From Lachnospiraceae bacterium (lineage in GTDB: Bacteria; Bacillota; Clostridia; Lachnospirales; Lachnospiraceae): a stretch of DNA of 64,000 bases. Shown piece by piece: positions 63,808 through 64,000 of the stretch (position 1 is the first letter of the stretch; each line of letters starts with the position of its first letter). A model generated the notes under the pieces. The model did not search any database. It saw only the letters and a list, made by a program, of their open reading frames with translations, and was not told where the DNA came from. The position numbers were made by a program, and so were the translations under genes. The stretch covers positions 20,707 to 84,706 of the forward strand of contig JAFZRZ010000064.1 of the NCBI GenBank assembly GCA_017619635.1. Direction: 5' to 3'.

Positions 63808-64000
63808 ATGGTTCAGTTAATTGTAGGCAAAGAAGGTAAGGGTAAAACAAAACACCTTCTTGATAAAGTCAACGAAGAGATTAAAGAAGCATCAGGTAAC
63901 ATTGTATTTTTAGACAGAAGTTCAAAGCACATGTTTGAACTTAACAACAAAGTAAGACTTATCAATGTATCGGAATACGATTTCGAGAACAGTTCGGAAT
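63808..64000 (+). CDS. Hypothetical protein, N-terminal fragment (runs off window end), P-loop-like N-terminus
   Basis: AGGAGGG RBS 5-6 nt before ATG 63808. Translation is MVQLIVGKEGKGKTKHLLDKVNEEIKEASGNIVFLDRSSKHMFELNNKVRLINVSEYDFENSSE, with no stop before nt 64000. It is absent from the ORF track because it is truncated. Confidence 0.4.
   Translation, partial: MVQLIVGKEGKGKTKHLLDKVNEEIKEASGNIVFLDRSSKHMFELNNKVRLINVSEYDFENSSE

Overview
The window is a 64-kb chromosomal segment from a low-GC Firmicute. Gene content suggests a Clostridia/Lachnospiraceae-type anaerobe: a Re-citrate-synthase-like gene with a eukaryote-type IDH, NfnAB, Fhs, Rex, and the order mreBCD-pbp2-minC-rodA-mgsA. That taxon is an inference from content only. 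I call 49 CDS, 48 of them on the + strand. They are tightly packed, with many 1-4-nt start/stop overlaps, so the window is mostly long housekeeping operons. Examples are phoH-ybeY, then proB to proA-miaB-mutS-mutL-miaA, then mreBCD-mrdA-minC-rodA-mgsA-dac. I saw no rRNA, tRNA, CRISPR array, transposase, integrase, phage gene or recognisable defence gene, and I cannot point to a clear novel multi-gene system. Three stretches look accessory or poorly understood. (1) In 0.9-10 kb, a class B sortase with an unusual cytoplasmic extension is followed by two giant BspA-type LRR surface proteins. Both end in a [ST]PxTGD sorting signal. (2) At 15.8-17 kb there is a lipoprotein with four tandem 26-aa His/Cys3 repeats. 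(3) At 26.2-29.8 kb, a 1187-aa protein joins a roughly 12-13-helix membrane domain to a ~780-aa hyper-acidic tail with several repeat families. It sits directly upstream of ftsK and is my best candidate for something undescribed. Regulatory sites readable from the DNA include a perfect GntR-type palindrome over the -10 of the citrate-synthase-like gene, and Rex-box-like sites at rex and upstream of nfnAB. The ABC-F gene has a near-consensus promoter so close to its ATG that the mRNA would be almost leaderless. All family assignments come from motif recognition by eye. No database search was run.
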